In this document: one piece after another, positions 39,759 through 50,390 of the stretch
How positions within the stretch are numbered: the first letter of the stretch is position 1
How the letters are laid out: every line of letters starts with the position of its first letter
Origin: an uncultured Methanolobus sp.
GTDB taxonomy: Archaea > Halobacteriota > Methanosarcinia > Methanosarcinales > Methanosarcinaceae
Direction: 5' to 3'
Length of the DNA stretch: 64,000 nucleotides
NCBI GenBank assembly: GCA_963675495.1
Contig: OY776215.1
Coordinates: 1,216,001 to 1,280,000 of the forward strand
The notes under the pieces: model-generated
Seen by the model: the letters and a program-made list of their open reading frames with translations, nothing else
Databases searched by the model: none
What the model was told of the DNA's origin: nothing
Made by a program: the position numbers and the translations under genes

Positions 39759-40631
39759 TTGGACAGTACAGAAGTAGTTGTCAACGCTGCTATAAGACTC
39801 GCAGAAGAACTGAAATCTACTGCTATTATAATATCGGGAGATATTAATTTAGAAAAACCAGAGACCTCCATACCTGTTTATTTCACAACCCGCAAACAAA
39901 AAACAGTAATAGACCACCTTGTGGCAAGCAGCAAAACGAGAGAAGACCGATCAAAGGTAATTTTGGATAAGATCAACCAGCAGGCTTCCGGAAAAACAGA
40001 ACATGTGGAAAACATTTCAGCTATTGAGTTCATGATGGAAGAAGTTGAAGCTGGTACTGTGATAGGGATAGTAGAAAATAAAGATTCATACGCCATCGTA
40101 GTTCACAATATTGCTGACAACCACCTAGTTAAAATTTTCAGAGAATGTGAAGAAAGGATATCATCTGAATTACTACGTGCAGTACTAAAAGTGGCTTTTG
40201 ACATATCCAACACCGGACGAGAAGGAAAACAGGTAGGCACAGCGTTTATAGTAGGCGATGTTGAAGAAGTTATGATGCGCTCACATCAAATGATCCTGAA
40301 TCCATATGCAGGACAGAGTGAAGAAGACAAAAATGTTCTGGATAAGATGAACTGGGAATCTATTAAAGAATTCGCCCAACTTGACGGTGTTTTTGTTATA
40401 TCGGAAGAGGGAAAGATAGAGGCTGCAGGCAGATATCTGGATGTGGATGCAAGAGATATATCTGTTGAAAAAGGCCTTGGTGGACGACATGTATCGGCTG
40501 CAGCAATCACAAGAGATACGGTATCCATCGCCATAACAGTATCAGAATCAGGCGGTGTTGTTCACATATATATGGATGGAAAAGAACTTTTACACATAGA
40601 ATCTGCAGAAAGAGCTATTCGTATTCAATGA
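39759..40631 (+). CDS. dacZ: Archaeal diadenylate cyclase
   Basis: GREGKQVGT, KEFAQLDGVFV, GGRHVSAAAIT, VSESGG DisA_N motifs with an N-terminal extension. Probable TTG start. Confidence 0.88.
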   Translation: MDSTEVVVNAAIRLAEELKSTAIIISGDINLEKPETSIPVYFTTRKQKTVIDHLVASSKTREDRSKVILDKINQQASGKTEHVENISAIEFMMEEVEAGTVIGIVENKDSYAIVVHNIADNHLVKIFRECEERISSELLRAVLKVAFDISNTGREGKQVGTAFIVGDVEEVMMRSHQMILNPYAGQSEEDKNVLDKMNWESIKEFAQLDGVFVISEEGKIEAAGRYLDVDARDISVEKGLGGRHVSAAAITRDTVSIAITVSESGGVVHIYMDGKELLHIESAERAIRIQ

Positions 40632-40722
40632 TAATAAAAAACATATAAAAAAAGAGGTGATCGGCCAGAATGCCGATCCAATGAATTTTATCTTTACTTT
40701 TATTCTCTTCCCTATTCTAGAC

Positions 40723-41313
40723 TTAGAATAGAGGGAGTTTTATCAACTTGCTGCCAACTTCATCCATGACCAGAGAGATGCCGAGGTACAATGATGAGAG
40801 ACCAAGCAAGAGGGTTACTATTGCTGCGACTGGCAATATTGCGACGCCAAAGTTAACGAGTGCAAGGGTGAAGAATGTAAGGTCCAGGAACACGAAAACT
40901 ATTGTTATAAGCTTTACACCGATTGCCAGTGTGACAAATGTAAGCAGTGTTGCGATGATTCCCCAGAACAAAAGGTACCATGCAAGTGAGGTTGCAAATG
41001 TTGCATCCACTGCCATGACATTACCAAACAGACCAACGCTTGTTACGATCAGTATGTATGCATATGAGAACCACCAGAGTGCAAATGCTGTGAATGCGGT
41101 TGCACCAAAGGTGTCGCCTTTCTTCCAGAGTTCAATACCTGCGAACAACTGCGCAAATCCACCAAGTGTGATTGCCATTGCAATAACCATTGTGGCATCA
41201 GAGTACATACCCATGTTTAAAAGTCCTGCAAATGTAGCTGCGAAACCAAGACCAAGGAATCCTAATGGTGCTGGGCTTGCAGTTGTGTCTTTAATTGTTA
41301 CTTCTCCTTCCAT
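40723..41313 (-). CDS. GPR1/FUN34/YaaH (SatP/AceP) acetate-uptake family channel
   Basis: SPAPLGF, GGFAQLFAG, GDTFGATAF..WW, 6 TM. Confidence 0.88.
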   Translation of the reverse strand: MEGEVTIKDTTASPAPLGFLGLGFAATFAGLLNMGMYSDATMVIAMAITLGGFAQLFAGIELWKKGDTFGATAFTAFALWWFSYAYILIVTSVGLFGNVMAVDATFATSLAWYLLFWGIIATLLTFVTLAIGVKLITIVFVFLDLTFFTLALVNFGVAILPVAAIVTLLLGLSSLYLGISLVMDEVGSKLIKLPLF

Positions 41314-41823
41314 AGTTTATCACTTCCCTAATATAATTAATATATAATTATTAAACAATATTAACATCGTTATAATTGCTTATTGCTGGCCTCAAAATAA
41401 AATGCCAGAAAAACTATTTCCATCAAATTTAATGAATATCGTAACTGCTTGCTACCTCCATCAAGTGTTACCATTTTCACCTCCAGATAAGGACTTTAAA
41501 ATAGAAGTATATAGCATTTTTGATTATTACAAAAAAGGATAATACCAATAATGGCTTTATTGTTAATTAAAACCTTTTTTAAAGCTTGAAAAATTGTATA
41601 GAGAAGTATTAAGCATTATTTACGGTTAAAACACTAAAAAAAACCTAGTATATGTTAATAATTTATTACAGTTGAAATATATATAGATAAACTGTATGTG
41701 TTGTGCGTGTTGTGTACAACACATACACAATCATTCCGAAAAGCTTATAAGCATGAGTGGACAATAATTTTGCTTTCGTAAAACATAAATAAGACATCAG
41801 ACCCAACTAATTGTGCCGGTCGA

Positions 41824-42864
41824 TCATATCTTAAAACGCAGAAGTGCAGCAATTCCACCAAGTGCAAGTAATTTTTGACCGGGTTCAAAGATTGTACTGA
41901 AAACAACAATTTTTCCCTGATTGTTCTCAACGTCCCTTAAAAAGGAGTCTATACCACCTTTTTCACGTTCTATCCTCAACATCTCGTCTGCCACAAGAAG
42001 GGTGCCAATTGACCCGTAATCCAGAGCCATTTTCACCTCTTCAAGGCCATAAGCAACTTTACCATCAGTTGATATTTCCTTAAGCAACTCATCCATTAGA
42101 CGAGATTCACGGGCTATACGTGACTCCTCCATTATCCTGTCAACTGCCCCACGCCTCAAAACTTCCTGAAAACCGGACATGCCTATTGAAGAGACATCTT
42201 CGGTAATGACCCTTGAGGCCAGTTCAGGCTCTTTGGAAGCTATGTATTTCATGAAATCCTCTTTTGTAAACCCAGGCCCTGCAACAACAATTGCTTCAGA
42301 TTCCGATGCTGCATGAATAAGCTGCCCGGTAATTTCCTGGAAAAAGACTTCTCTTAAGGTACCTTCTCCCTTCCCTGATGATTGGCTTATATGAGAATAT
42401 GTCTCTATGCCATAGTGGCGTACAAGACCGATATCCGCGTCACCTTCTTCAATAGCTACAATTACAACCTTAGGACGTTTTGAACTCGCCTCTGCTTCAT
42501 CAATACGTTCAAGCTGGTCTTTTTTCCATGTTTTTGTGATAGAAATATCAAGACCTTCCTCTACATTAAAAGTATGATAATGACCCGCATCCATTCCATG
42601 CTCAATGGGACCGTGTACTCTCAACCTGTTTGAAAACTTATGAAACTCAAGTTCTTCAACCCTGACACCAAGTCTCACTGTCTTTTTTTCAACTTTTTCC
42701 GGCCGAAGTTTATCAGCAACCCCATCAGCCTTCCTTTTGGTCAGAGCAAAGATAAGGTCACCTTTCTCTATAATATACTTCAGGTGCCACAGGTCATCCA
42801 ATGTTTCAGGAACCAGTGTTATCTCACCCTCTCTACCTCTTAACATTCTTTTTTTGACCCTAAT
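41824..42864 (-). CDS. pelA: Ribosome rescue factor Pelota (start proposed at ATT 42864; ORF track uses ATG 42846)
   Basis: PETLDDLWHL, GHYHT, AGPGFTK, LGGIAALLRF. Confidence 0.95.
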   Translation of the reverse strand: MRVKKRMLRGREGEITLVPETLDDLWHLKYIIEKGDLIFALTKRKADGVADKLRPEKVEKKTVRLGVRVEELEFHKFSNRLRVHGPIEHGMDAGHYHTFNVEEGLDISITKTWKKDQLERIDEAEASSKRPKVVIVAIEEGDADIGLVRHYGIETYSHISQSSGKGEGTLREVFFQEITGQLIHAASESEAIVVAGPGFTKEDFMKYIASKEPELASRVITEDVSSIGMSGFQEVLRRGAVDRIMEESRIARESRLMDELLKEISTDGKVAYGLEEVKMALDYGSIGTLLVADEMLRIEREKGGIDSFLRDVENNQGKIVVFSTIFEPGQKLLALGGIAALLRFKI

Positions 42865-42910
42865 TGTAACACCCTCTGATATATTCCATGTATCGTCCCA
42901 AATAACCCCA

Positions 42911-44905
42911 TTATTGCCCTTTGAGATCAGATTCCCCCGGAGGAAGCATCTTTGCGATCTTATCAGGAGAAGCTATTTGCTTTACAAAATTGGTTTCTTT
43001 CAATTTATCAACGTATATTTTGTATATCTTTTTCGCTACATCATTCTGATTGAACTTACCCTGAACAACTTCAACGATATGTTCCCCATGCTTACTGACA
43101 GCAGACAACGGACCGCCTATAACCCTAGTATTGCCTTTAAGCTGAAGTGCTACAGCGGCACCCACCTGTATGTCCCGGAAATAATTTCGCTCACCTCGAA
43201 TAACGAACGAACCTTTCTTAAGATACTCACCGGATTCCGGTGTTTTTGACACCTGCTCAGGTTTTACCCAATAGCAGTCACCACTGAACTGACCGGATTT
43301 CCATACACTCGAATATGATACCACGAACTGTGCAGTTTCATTCAAAGTTTGCTCCGGCACATCTTCACCCTGTGTCTTGATAACTGTAATAGGGGCACCC
43401 GGAACCTGTGTATGGAATACGAGATCCCTCTTTTCCATGTACTTCTTTACGATCTCCTCATTACTGTCTGCATCCCTGCCGGCAATCACAAGGAAACCAT
43501 CCGAGGACATGAACCACCTGTACCGCTCATACCAGTATTTCTTTGTGTTGACCTTCCGTTTATTGGACACTTTCTTTTCCCTTTTCTGCATTGCGAGTTT
43601 TGTATCCTCTATTGCTTTTAAGGCTCCCTCTCTTTTCCTTGTGAGCTTCTTGGCCCTATCATAGTAGACCTGTGCATTCTGTGGAACAGTCAATTTAAGA
43701 TCGATCGTGGCATTTATACCATCAAGATCGAGGACGATGTTTCCGGCTGCAGAGTCAATATTCGAGATCCATTTTGAAGCTGGCACCGTGTCCTTTGCTT
43801 TTTTGAGTATGGACTTGATATCAGCCCATGAATAGCCATTTGCACGAGCTTGCTTGAGAATACCTACAACCTCTTCTATTTCGACATAATGAGCATAGAC
43901 CTTTTCTGCTATCTGGGTCTGCTTATCAGAATCCTCGCCGAATTTCTTGATAGCATCCTGTTGTTTCTGGAGCCTGCGTGCATAAATATCAACTTTTTCC
44001 TTTTTGACCGCAGTTACCTGCTCCTGCACGGATTCTGCAGACATCTTTCCGAAGAACGCATCGAGTGCCCCATTAAATGTGGGAAAGAACTCTTTTTCGT
44101 AATCCCTGTAAATATCCAGTTCAAAAGGAAGCACATCAAATGCCTGCATTTCCCCTTTAACTTCTTTTTTGACCATGCACGGATTCAAAGTTCCTGACAG
44201 AAGAGGGGAGAACATATCCTTTAATGCAGAAATGATAGCCGTAATACCATCTGAACCTATATCCTTTGCAGATTCAGCCTTGTTGATACCGGACCTTGCA
44301 CATACCTCTTCAGCAAGAACACCACCCAGATTAAATCTTGTGGCAATGGTCCTTACAACATCCGCATCAGATTGGGAGAATGCTGTTTCAAGATCCTCAA
44401 CTCCAGCCTCCACAGGGCTTATCTGTGCTTCCGGGTACTGGTAAACCTCACCACTGCGTATCCTCCTTCCCTTGAACGTCACAGGTTTCATTGGCAAAAT
44501 TATCTTTCTTTCTGAATCCAGAAGAACGATGTTTCCGGGAGAAAATAATTCGACAACAAGTATGGTATCCACACCACCACGTACAACACCTATCTCCAGT
44601 ATCCGGTCAAAATCATACTGTTTGACAAAAGTGATACGTCCTGCCATTATGTGTTTCCTGAGCATCATGGGGAATGACTGAGGAAGCTTTGGACTGGGGC
44701 GCAGGTGCTGGCTCATATGGGCACGTTTTCCTGCCTCAATAACAAGATTGTCCCTGCCTTTATTGTAAATAAAAAGGTTTATCCTTATCTCATCAGCCGC
44801 CGGCTGGTATATTTTGGCTATTTTTGCATCTATAATAGATGTCTCACCAGAGCTAAGCTCAAGTGCAAGAGTAGCCACATCAGCACTTGTCATTTCCTTC
44901 TTCAT
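42911..44905 (-). CDS. rqcH: Ribosome quality-control factor RqcH/NEMF (NFACT)
   Basis: F.MMLRKHI..QYDFDRI, ELFSPGN, WYERYRWF..GRDADSNE, QVSKTPESGEYL.KGSFVIRG. Confidence 0.93.
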   Translation of the reverse strand: MKKEMTSADVATLALELSSGETSIIDAKIAKIYQPAADEIRINLFIYNKGRDNLVIEAGKRAHMSQHLRPSPKLPQSFPMMLRKHIMAGRITFVKQYDFDRILEIGVVRGGVDTILVVELFSPGNIVLLDSERKIILPMKPVTFKGRRIRSGEVYQYPEAQISPVEAGVEDLETAFSQSDADVVRTIATRFNLGGVLAEEVCARSGINKAESAKDIGSDGITAIISALKDMFSPLLSGTLNPCMVKKEVKGEMQAFDVLPFELDIYRDYEKEFFPTFNGALDAFFGKMSAESVQEQVTAVKKEKVDIYARRLQKQQDAIKKFGEDSDKQTQIAEKVYAHYVEIEEVVGILKQARANGYSWADIKSILKKAKDTVPASKWISNIDSAAGNIVLDLDGINATIDLKLTVPQNAQVYYDRAKKLTRKREGALKAIEDTKLAMQKREKKVSNKRKVNTKKYWYERYRWFMSSDGFLVIAGRDADSNEEIVKKYMEKRDLVFHTQVPGAPITVIKTQGEDVPEQTLNETAQFVVSYSSVWKSGQFSGDCYWVKPEQVSKTPESGEYLKKGSFVIRGERNYFRDIQVGAAVALQLKGNTRVIGGPLSAVSKHGEHIVEVVQGKFNQNDVAKKIYKIYVDKLKETNFVKQIASPDKIAKMLPPGESDLKGQ

Positions 44906-45003
44906 GCGGGGACTATTACGTAGATGGTGACTATAAGGTTTATGACGCATTAAATAGATTTAATAGCAAACCATGATTCTCAGCGAGGAGACACAGGCAT
45001 CAG

Positions 45004-46179
45004 ATGAATGAGAGTACAAGACGATTTTTAGTATCTGCATTCCAGAATTACTATTCCCAGGCAGACATAAGACTTCCACCAGAATTCACATCAAGGGAAT
45101 GGGGATTCATCGAATTTACCAGCGGTCAGGATACTTTCATGAAAAGACACCGTGCCTTTGGATCAGAGGGTGAACTACATGATTACCTCAGAGGCATAGG
45201 TCCGGCACATGCATATTATTCCGTGGCATACTACGAATACCCTGGTGCCCCGAAGATGAAAGAGAAGAACTGGCAAAAAGCAGACCTTATATTCGATATT
45301 GATTCAGACCATCTGCCCGGTGACATAAACTCGTATGCCGACATGCTTGAAAAAGGAAAGAGAGAGACATTGAAACTGCTTGAGTTCCTCATGGGAGATT
45401 TTGGATTTAGCGAAAATGAAGTGCATGCCGTGTTTTCAGGAGGAAGAGGGTACCACTTCCACATCAGCGAAGAATCTGTACTTTCACTGGGAAGTGCAGA
45501 GAGAAGAGAAATTGTTGATTATGTCAGTTCCAAGGGTCTCAATCTGGAAAGGATATTCTCCAAAAGAGAGATTATAGGGGATGCAGGCACTGAATCTGCT
45601 AAAATGGCAGTGCTTCCTTCCGAGGATGAAGGAGGATGGGGCGGAAGGATCAACCGCTACCTTATATCGTATTTATCATCCCTGGCCAAAAACGAGAATG
45701 CTATAGAGATACTTACAGGATTCGATGGAATAGGTGAAGTAAACGCAGAGAAATTAGTAATGGTTTTTCAGGATGAAGCACGAGTAGCATTATTAAGAAA
45801 GGGCAAGATGGATGCACTTGGAGGAATTAGGAAAGAGATTCTGGAAACGATTGTGAAGCAAGGTGTTTTCCAGATGGCTGCATGTGTTGACGAGCCAGTA
45901 ACAGCAGATATTAAACGTCTGATACGTCTTCCAGGGTCACTACACGGGAAATCAGGGATGAAGGTCACAGCTCTTAAAATAGAGGAACTTCAGGAATTCG
46001 AGCCATTAAATGATGCAATCGTGTTCAGTGACAAGTCGGTAAAAATAAAAGTGATTAAACCGTTTGCTGTGCAAATGAAAGGAAAGGACCTCATGGTCGA
46101 GGAAGGTATACAGGACGTACCGGAGTATGCCGCAGTATATCTTATGTGTAGAGGTGTAGCTGAATATGGATCACACTGA
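45004..46179 (+). CDS. priS: DNA primase catalytic subunit
   Basis: REWGF, DLIFDID, FSGGRGYH, DEPVTADIKRLIRLPGSLHGK. Confidence 0.95.
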   Translation: MNESTRRFLVSAFQNYYSQADIRLPPEFTSREWGFIEFTSGQDTFMKRHRAFGSEGELHDYLRGIGPAHAYYSVAYYEYPGAPKMKEKNWQKADLIFDIDSDHLPGDINSYADMLEKGKRETLKLLEFLMGDFGFSENEVHAVFSGGRGYHFHISEESVLSLGSAERREIVDYVSSKGLNLERIFSKREIIGDAGTESAKMAVLPSEDEGGWGGRINRYLISYLSSLAKNENAIEILTGFDGIGEVNAEKLVMVFQDEARVALLRKGKMDALGGIRKEILETIVKQGVFQMAACVDEPVTADIKRLIRLPGSLHGKSGMKVTALKIEELQEFEPLNDAIVFSDKSVKIKVIKPFAVQMKGKDLMVEEGIQDVPEYAAVYLMCRGVAEYGSH

Positions 46180-46864
46180 ACTTAAAAACGTGCTCAGGGA
46201 AGAAAGTAGTTCAGCACTTAAGTCACTACACCCGGGCTTTTTCCCTGACGTGGAAAAATACTTGAAGGAGCTTGAAGAAGAGATACGCAGTGTAAACAAC
46301 CCACGCTCTGTTGAGTCAAAGATGCTTGATACTGAATTGCAGAGCGCGATCACAGACATAGAAGTAATATTTATACGCCGCATCAGGAAAATAATAACCA
46401 GTGCCACAACAAATGCATTTTCCAGCAAGTCCCCTTCCCAGGATATGAGCAAACTACTTCCTGAAGAGAGAAAAGTATACGATGCTGTGCTTTCAGCGAT
46501 CAATACGGCACGTAAGGAACTGATCGAACCGATACTCGATCCTCAGTCGATCAAGAGCAAAGTGAAGACAAGCTCAGAAAAAGATAATATCGATTCGCAG
46601 GGAATGGAAGAGGTGCAAACCGACCGGCATGACGATGAACAGCAGGTCGCTACAATTCCAAAGAACGACCGAAGCAATAATGAGGAAATAGGCAAAAGTA
46701 ATATAAATAAGGAATTCGTTGTTGTGCGAATACTGGAGGACCTGCCTACTTTCAAGGCTATGGATAATCGCAATTACACATTACATGCCGAAGACGTTAT
46801 CGTGTTACCTGCCCTGAATGTAAAAGGGCTGATAAAACGTAATGTGGCACAAATTATCATATAA
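46166..46864 (+). CDS. GINS (Gins51-type) protein
   Basis: Helical A domain (RRIRKI), C-terminal B domain (VVVRILEDLP..DVIVLP..LIKRNVA), position after priS. Confidence 0.8.
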   Translation: MDHTELKNVLREESSSALKSLHPGFFPDVEKYLKELEEEIRSVNNPRSVESKMLDTELQSAITDIEVIFIRRIRKIITSATTNAFSSKSPSQDMSKLLPEERKVYDAVLSAINTARKELIEPILDPQSIKSKVKTSSEKDNIDSQGMEEVQTDRHDDEQQVATIPKNDRSNNEEIGKSNINKEFVVVRILEDLPTFKAMDNRNYTLHAEDVIVLPALNVKGLIKRNVAQIII

Positions 46865-46893
46865 AAAATATCTAACTTATCAAGGTGAAGATA

Positions 46894-47172
46894 ATGAAGA
46901 TTCCAAAGAGATTCAGAACACATTGCCCTTCCTGCAAAAAGCACACAGAGCATGTTGCAGAAAGAGTAAAGAAGGGAAAAGCATCATCATTGACGCACAT
47001 CGAGAGACAGAAGAAACGCCAGACCGGAATTGGAAACAGTGGTAAATTCTCAAAGGTGCCTGGTGGAGACAAGCCAACAAAGAGAGTATGGCTCAGATAC
47101 AGATGCTCAGAATGTAATAAAGCACATCAGAGACCATGCTTCAGAGCAAAGAAATTCGATTTTGCGGAGTGA
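46894..47172 (+). CDS. rpl44e: 50S ribosomal protein L44e
   Basis: [29 protein letters not shown]. Confidence 0.95.
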   Translation: MKIPKRFRTHCPSCKKHTEHVAERVKKGKASSLTHIERQKKRQTGIGNSGKFSKVPGGDKPTKRVWLRYRCSECNKAHQRPCFRAKKFDFAE

Positions 47173-47355
<183 letters not shown>

Positions 47356-47371
47356 ATAAAAGTGATTTATA

Positions 47372-48169
47372 ATGGATGAGAACATTTGGCCCGAAAGCGG
47401 GGATTTTGTCGTTTGCACGGTAACAAACGTTACGGACTTTGGTGCATACACTTCCCTTGAAGAATTCAGTGGAAAGGAAGGATTTATCCACATATCGGAG
47501 ATCAAGGCCGGATGGGTCAAATATGTAAGAGACTATGTACGTGAAGGTCAGAAAGTAGTCTGCAAAGTATTGAATGTAGACCCTTCCCGACGCCACATTG
47601 ACCTGTCCCTCAAAGATGTTAATGAGCACCAGAAACGTGCAAAGATACAGGACTGGAAGAACGAACAGAAGGCATTCAAGTGGCTTCAGTTCGTTGCTGA
47701 AGAAACAGGCACCAGTGAAGATGAGATGGACAAGTTAAAGCTCAACTTGCTGGAAAGTTTTGGAAGTCTTTATTCCGTGTTTGAAGAAGCAGCCATTAAT
47801 GCAGAGGATGCTTTTAACGAAGTAAAGATGAAGAAGAAGCTTGTTGCAAGCATCGTCACTGTCGCCCAGAGCAACATCAAATTGCCTTTTGTGGATATCG
47901 CAGGATTTGTAGACCTCAATTGCTATCTCCCTGATGGAATCGATATCATCAAACTGGCCTTAGATGCCGGAAATGAAAATGATGAGGAAGGAGTCAGAGT
48001 TGATATCAGTTATACAGGTGCTCCAAGATATCGCATAAAAGTGATAGCTCCTGACTATAAGAAAGCAGAAGCAGTATTGAAGAAGTCTGCAACAGCAGCC
48101 ATCAGCACTATTGAAAAGCTTGGTGGAAAAGGCGAATTCCACAGACACAATGATACTGTAAAGGCGTGA
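47372..48169 (+). CDS. eif2a: Translation initiation factor aIF2 alpha
   Basis: S1 domain (GFIHISEI..HIDLSLK), GAPRYRI..DYK. Confidence 0.95.
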   Translation: MDENIWPESGDFVVCTVTNVTDFGAYTSLEEFSGKEGFIHISEIKAGWVKYVRDYVREGQKVVCKVLNVDPSRRHIDLSLKDVNEHQKRAKIQDWKNEQKAFKWLQFVAEETGTSEDEMDKLKLNLLESFGSLYSVFEEAAINAEDAFNEVKMKKKLVASIVTVAQSNIKLPFVDIAGFVDLNCYLPDGIDIIKLALDAGNENDEEGVRVDISYTGAPRYRIKVIAPDYKKAEAVLKKSATAAISTIEKLGGKGEFHRHNDTVKA

Positions 48170-48176
48170 GATACCA

Positions 48177-48356
48177 TTGGGACAAAAGATCTTCAGATGT
48201 CAGAAATGTGGCAGATATACCCTTGAAACTATTTGCCATAAATGTGGTTTGAAAGCTGTTAGACCACAACCTGCAAGATTTTCCCCAAAAGATCCTTATG
48301 GTAAGTATCGTAGATTAGCGAGAAAAGAGGGATATCTATGCAGGAAATTGAAGTAA
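48177..48356 (+). CDS. nop10: H/ACA RNP protein Nop10 (not in ORF track)
   Basis: TTG start, MGQKIFRCQKCGRYTLETICHKCG..PARFSPKDPYGKYRR. Confidence 0.93.
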   Translation: MGQKIFRCQKCGRYTLETICHKCGLKAVRPQPARFSPKDPYGKYRRLARKEGYLCRKLK

Positions 48357-49114
48357 TTCGTATCAAAGAAGACGTTCAGCTAAATAACCCGGTATTTATC
48401 GTAGGACTTCCCGGAGTCGGCCATGTTGGTAAACTTGTTGCTGAGCACCTGGTAGAAGAACTCAACGCAGAAAAGATACTGGAAATCTATTCCCAACATT
48501 TTCCACCTCAGGTCCTTGTTGATGAGAACAGTGAGACCCACCTGGTCAATAATGAGATGTATGTATGCAAGACAGAAAAGCATGATATTCTCGCACTTAT
48601 AGGGGATCACCAGAGTTCTTCCACAGAGGGACACTACAAGCTCTGTACACTTTACCTTGATATTGCCCGTGAGTTTGGAGTACAGAGAATATACACACTT
48701 GGAGGATTCCCCACCGGACAACTGACCTATTCAGAAGAGGTACTCGGTGCAGTAAACAACCTGGAAATGATCGAAGAACTCAAAGAGTACGGAGTGAATT
48801 TCAAGGAAAACGAACCTGGTGGAGGAATTGTTGGTGCTTCCGGACTTTTGCTTGGCATGAGCAAATTAGAAAAAATAGATGCAGCATGCCTTATGGGACT
48901 CACTTCCGGTTATCTTGTTGATCCGAAAAGTGCGCAGTCACTGCTAAAGGTAATCTGCAAGATATTCGAGCTCAACATTGATGTGGGACCTCTTGAAGAG
49001 CGTGCCAAGGAAATGGAAAAGATCGTTGCAAGGCTTAAGGAAGTGGAACAGCAACAGAAAGGAATGCCAGAAATGAGCGCTGTTCAGGATGATGACCTCA
49101 GATATATTGGCTAA
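48338..49114 (+). CDS. Proteasome assembly chaperone (PAC2 family)
   Basis: GLPGVGHVGK, YTLGG, GASGLLLG, DPKSA, C-terminal YIG. Confidence 0.9.
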   Translation: MQEIEVIRIKEDVQLNNPVFIVGLPGVGHVGKLVAEHLVEELNAEKILEIYSQHFPPQVLVDENSETHLVNNEMYVCKTEKHDILALIGDHQSSSTEGHYKLCTLYLDIAREFGVQRIYTLGGFPTGQLTYSEEVLGAVNNLEMIEELKEYGVNFKENEPGGGIVGASGLLLGMSKLEKIDAACLMGLTSGYLVDPKSAQSLLKVICKIFELNIDVGPLEERAKEMEKIVARLKEVEQQQKGMPEMSAVQDDDLRYIG

Positions 49115-49120
49115 AATAGA

Positions 49121-50341
49121 ATGTTGATCAATGCCGACCTTCATCTTCATTCCAAATATTCGATGGCTTGTTCGAATAAAATGGAACTGCCAGTAATGGC
49201 AGAAGAAGCGGCGAAAAAAGGTGTAGACCTGGTTGCAACCGGGGACTGCACACATCCCGAATGGTTAAAGGCCATCAAAAAAGCATCAATTGATGATGAG
49301 ACTATAACCATCGGAAAAACTAATTTTATAATAACTACCGAAGTGGAAGACAGCAGTCGCGTACACCACTTACTTATTTTACCATCGATCTCAAAAGCTG
49401 AAGAGCTTGCGGAGAGACTAAGCCGGCACTGTAACCTTAAAGCTGACGGAAGACCCACTGTCAGGCTAAATGGACGCGATATTGCCGAAATTGCAAAAGA
49501 CATAGATGCAATGGTAGGTCCATGCCATGCATTCACGCCATGGACAGCATTGTATGCATACCATGATTCACTCAAAAGCTGTTACGGAGATATGACAGAC
49601 TATATTTCATTCCTTGAACTTGGTCTTAGCGCAGACAGCGACTATGCAGACAGGATAGAAGAACTTCACAGGCTGACCTTCCTTTCAAACTCAGATGCAC
49701 ACTCCCCCTGGTCCAACAAACTGGCACGGGAATTCAACCAGATCAACGTCCCTGAGGTATCCTTTGAAGGACTGCGAAAAGCGATCATGAGAGAAGATGG
49801 CTATGGAGTAACATATAATGTTGGATTCTACCCACAGGAAGGTAAATACAATGAATCCGCATGTATCAAATGCTTTACACATTACAGCTTTGAAGAATGT
49901 CTGGAAAACAATTGGAAATGCAGCAAATGTAACGGGCTTGTCAAAAAAGGTGTAAAGGACAGGGTAAACGAGCTTGCAAATTTCGATGAGCCAAAACATC
50001 CCCCACACAGACCACCTTATATTCACTTGATGCCTCTGTCAGAGATAATAATGACAGCCCTTGGCCATGCAAGCATAAACACCAAAGGTGTCCAGACTAT
50101 CTGGAACAGCCTGATGGAAAGGTATGATGACGAGCTGAACGTTCTCCTGAATGCCGAAATAAGTGAAATGGATTTTCTGGATAAACGTGTTGCAAACGCA
50201 ATACTTGCCTTCAGGGAAAAGAAACTGATAATCCACCCCGGTGGCGGCGGCCAGTACGGTCGCATAGAGATCCCGCAGGAATTAGAGGAAACATACCCTG
50301 CTCCCCACAAAAAGAACCAGAGTTCACTTTTTGATTTCTAA
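49121..50341 (+). CDS. PHP-domain TIGR00375/endonuclease Q family protein
   Basis: DLHLHSKYS, HAFTPW, ELGLSAD, SNSDAHS, GKY..CIKC..CSKC..KGVKDR, GGGGQYG. Confidence 0.88.
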   Translation: MLINADLHLHSKYSMACSNKMELPVMAEEAAKKGVDLVATGDCTHPEWLKAIKKASIDDETITIGKTNFIITTEVEDSSRVHHLLILPSISKAEELAERLSRHCNLKADGRPTVRLNGRDIAEIAKDIDAMVGPCHAFTPWTALYAYHDSLKSCYGDMTDYISFLELGLSADSDYADRIEELHRLTFLSNSDAHSPWSNKLAREFNQINVPEVSFEGLRKAIMREDGYGVTYNVGFYPQEGKYNESACIKCFTHYSFEECLENNWKCSKCNGLVKKGVKDRVNELANFDEPKHPPHRPPYIHLMPLSEIIMTALGHASINTKGVQTIWNSLMERYDDELNVLLNAEISEMDFLDKRVANAILAFREKKLIIHPGGGGQYGRIEIPQELEETYPAPHKKNQSSLFDF

Positions 50342-50390
50342 ACATTACCTCGTTACCTTTTTAAGAGATTAAGACCTTCAAATCCAAAGT

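Noticed and set aside
41408-41421. NrpR-like operator (GAAA-N6-TTCC) upstream of the SatP-like gene
   Set aside because: One mismatch to GGAA-N6-TTCC in AT-rich DNA, single copy
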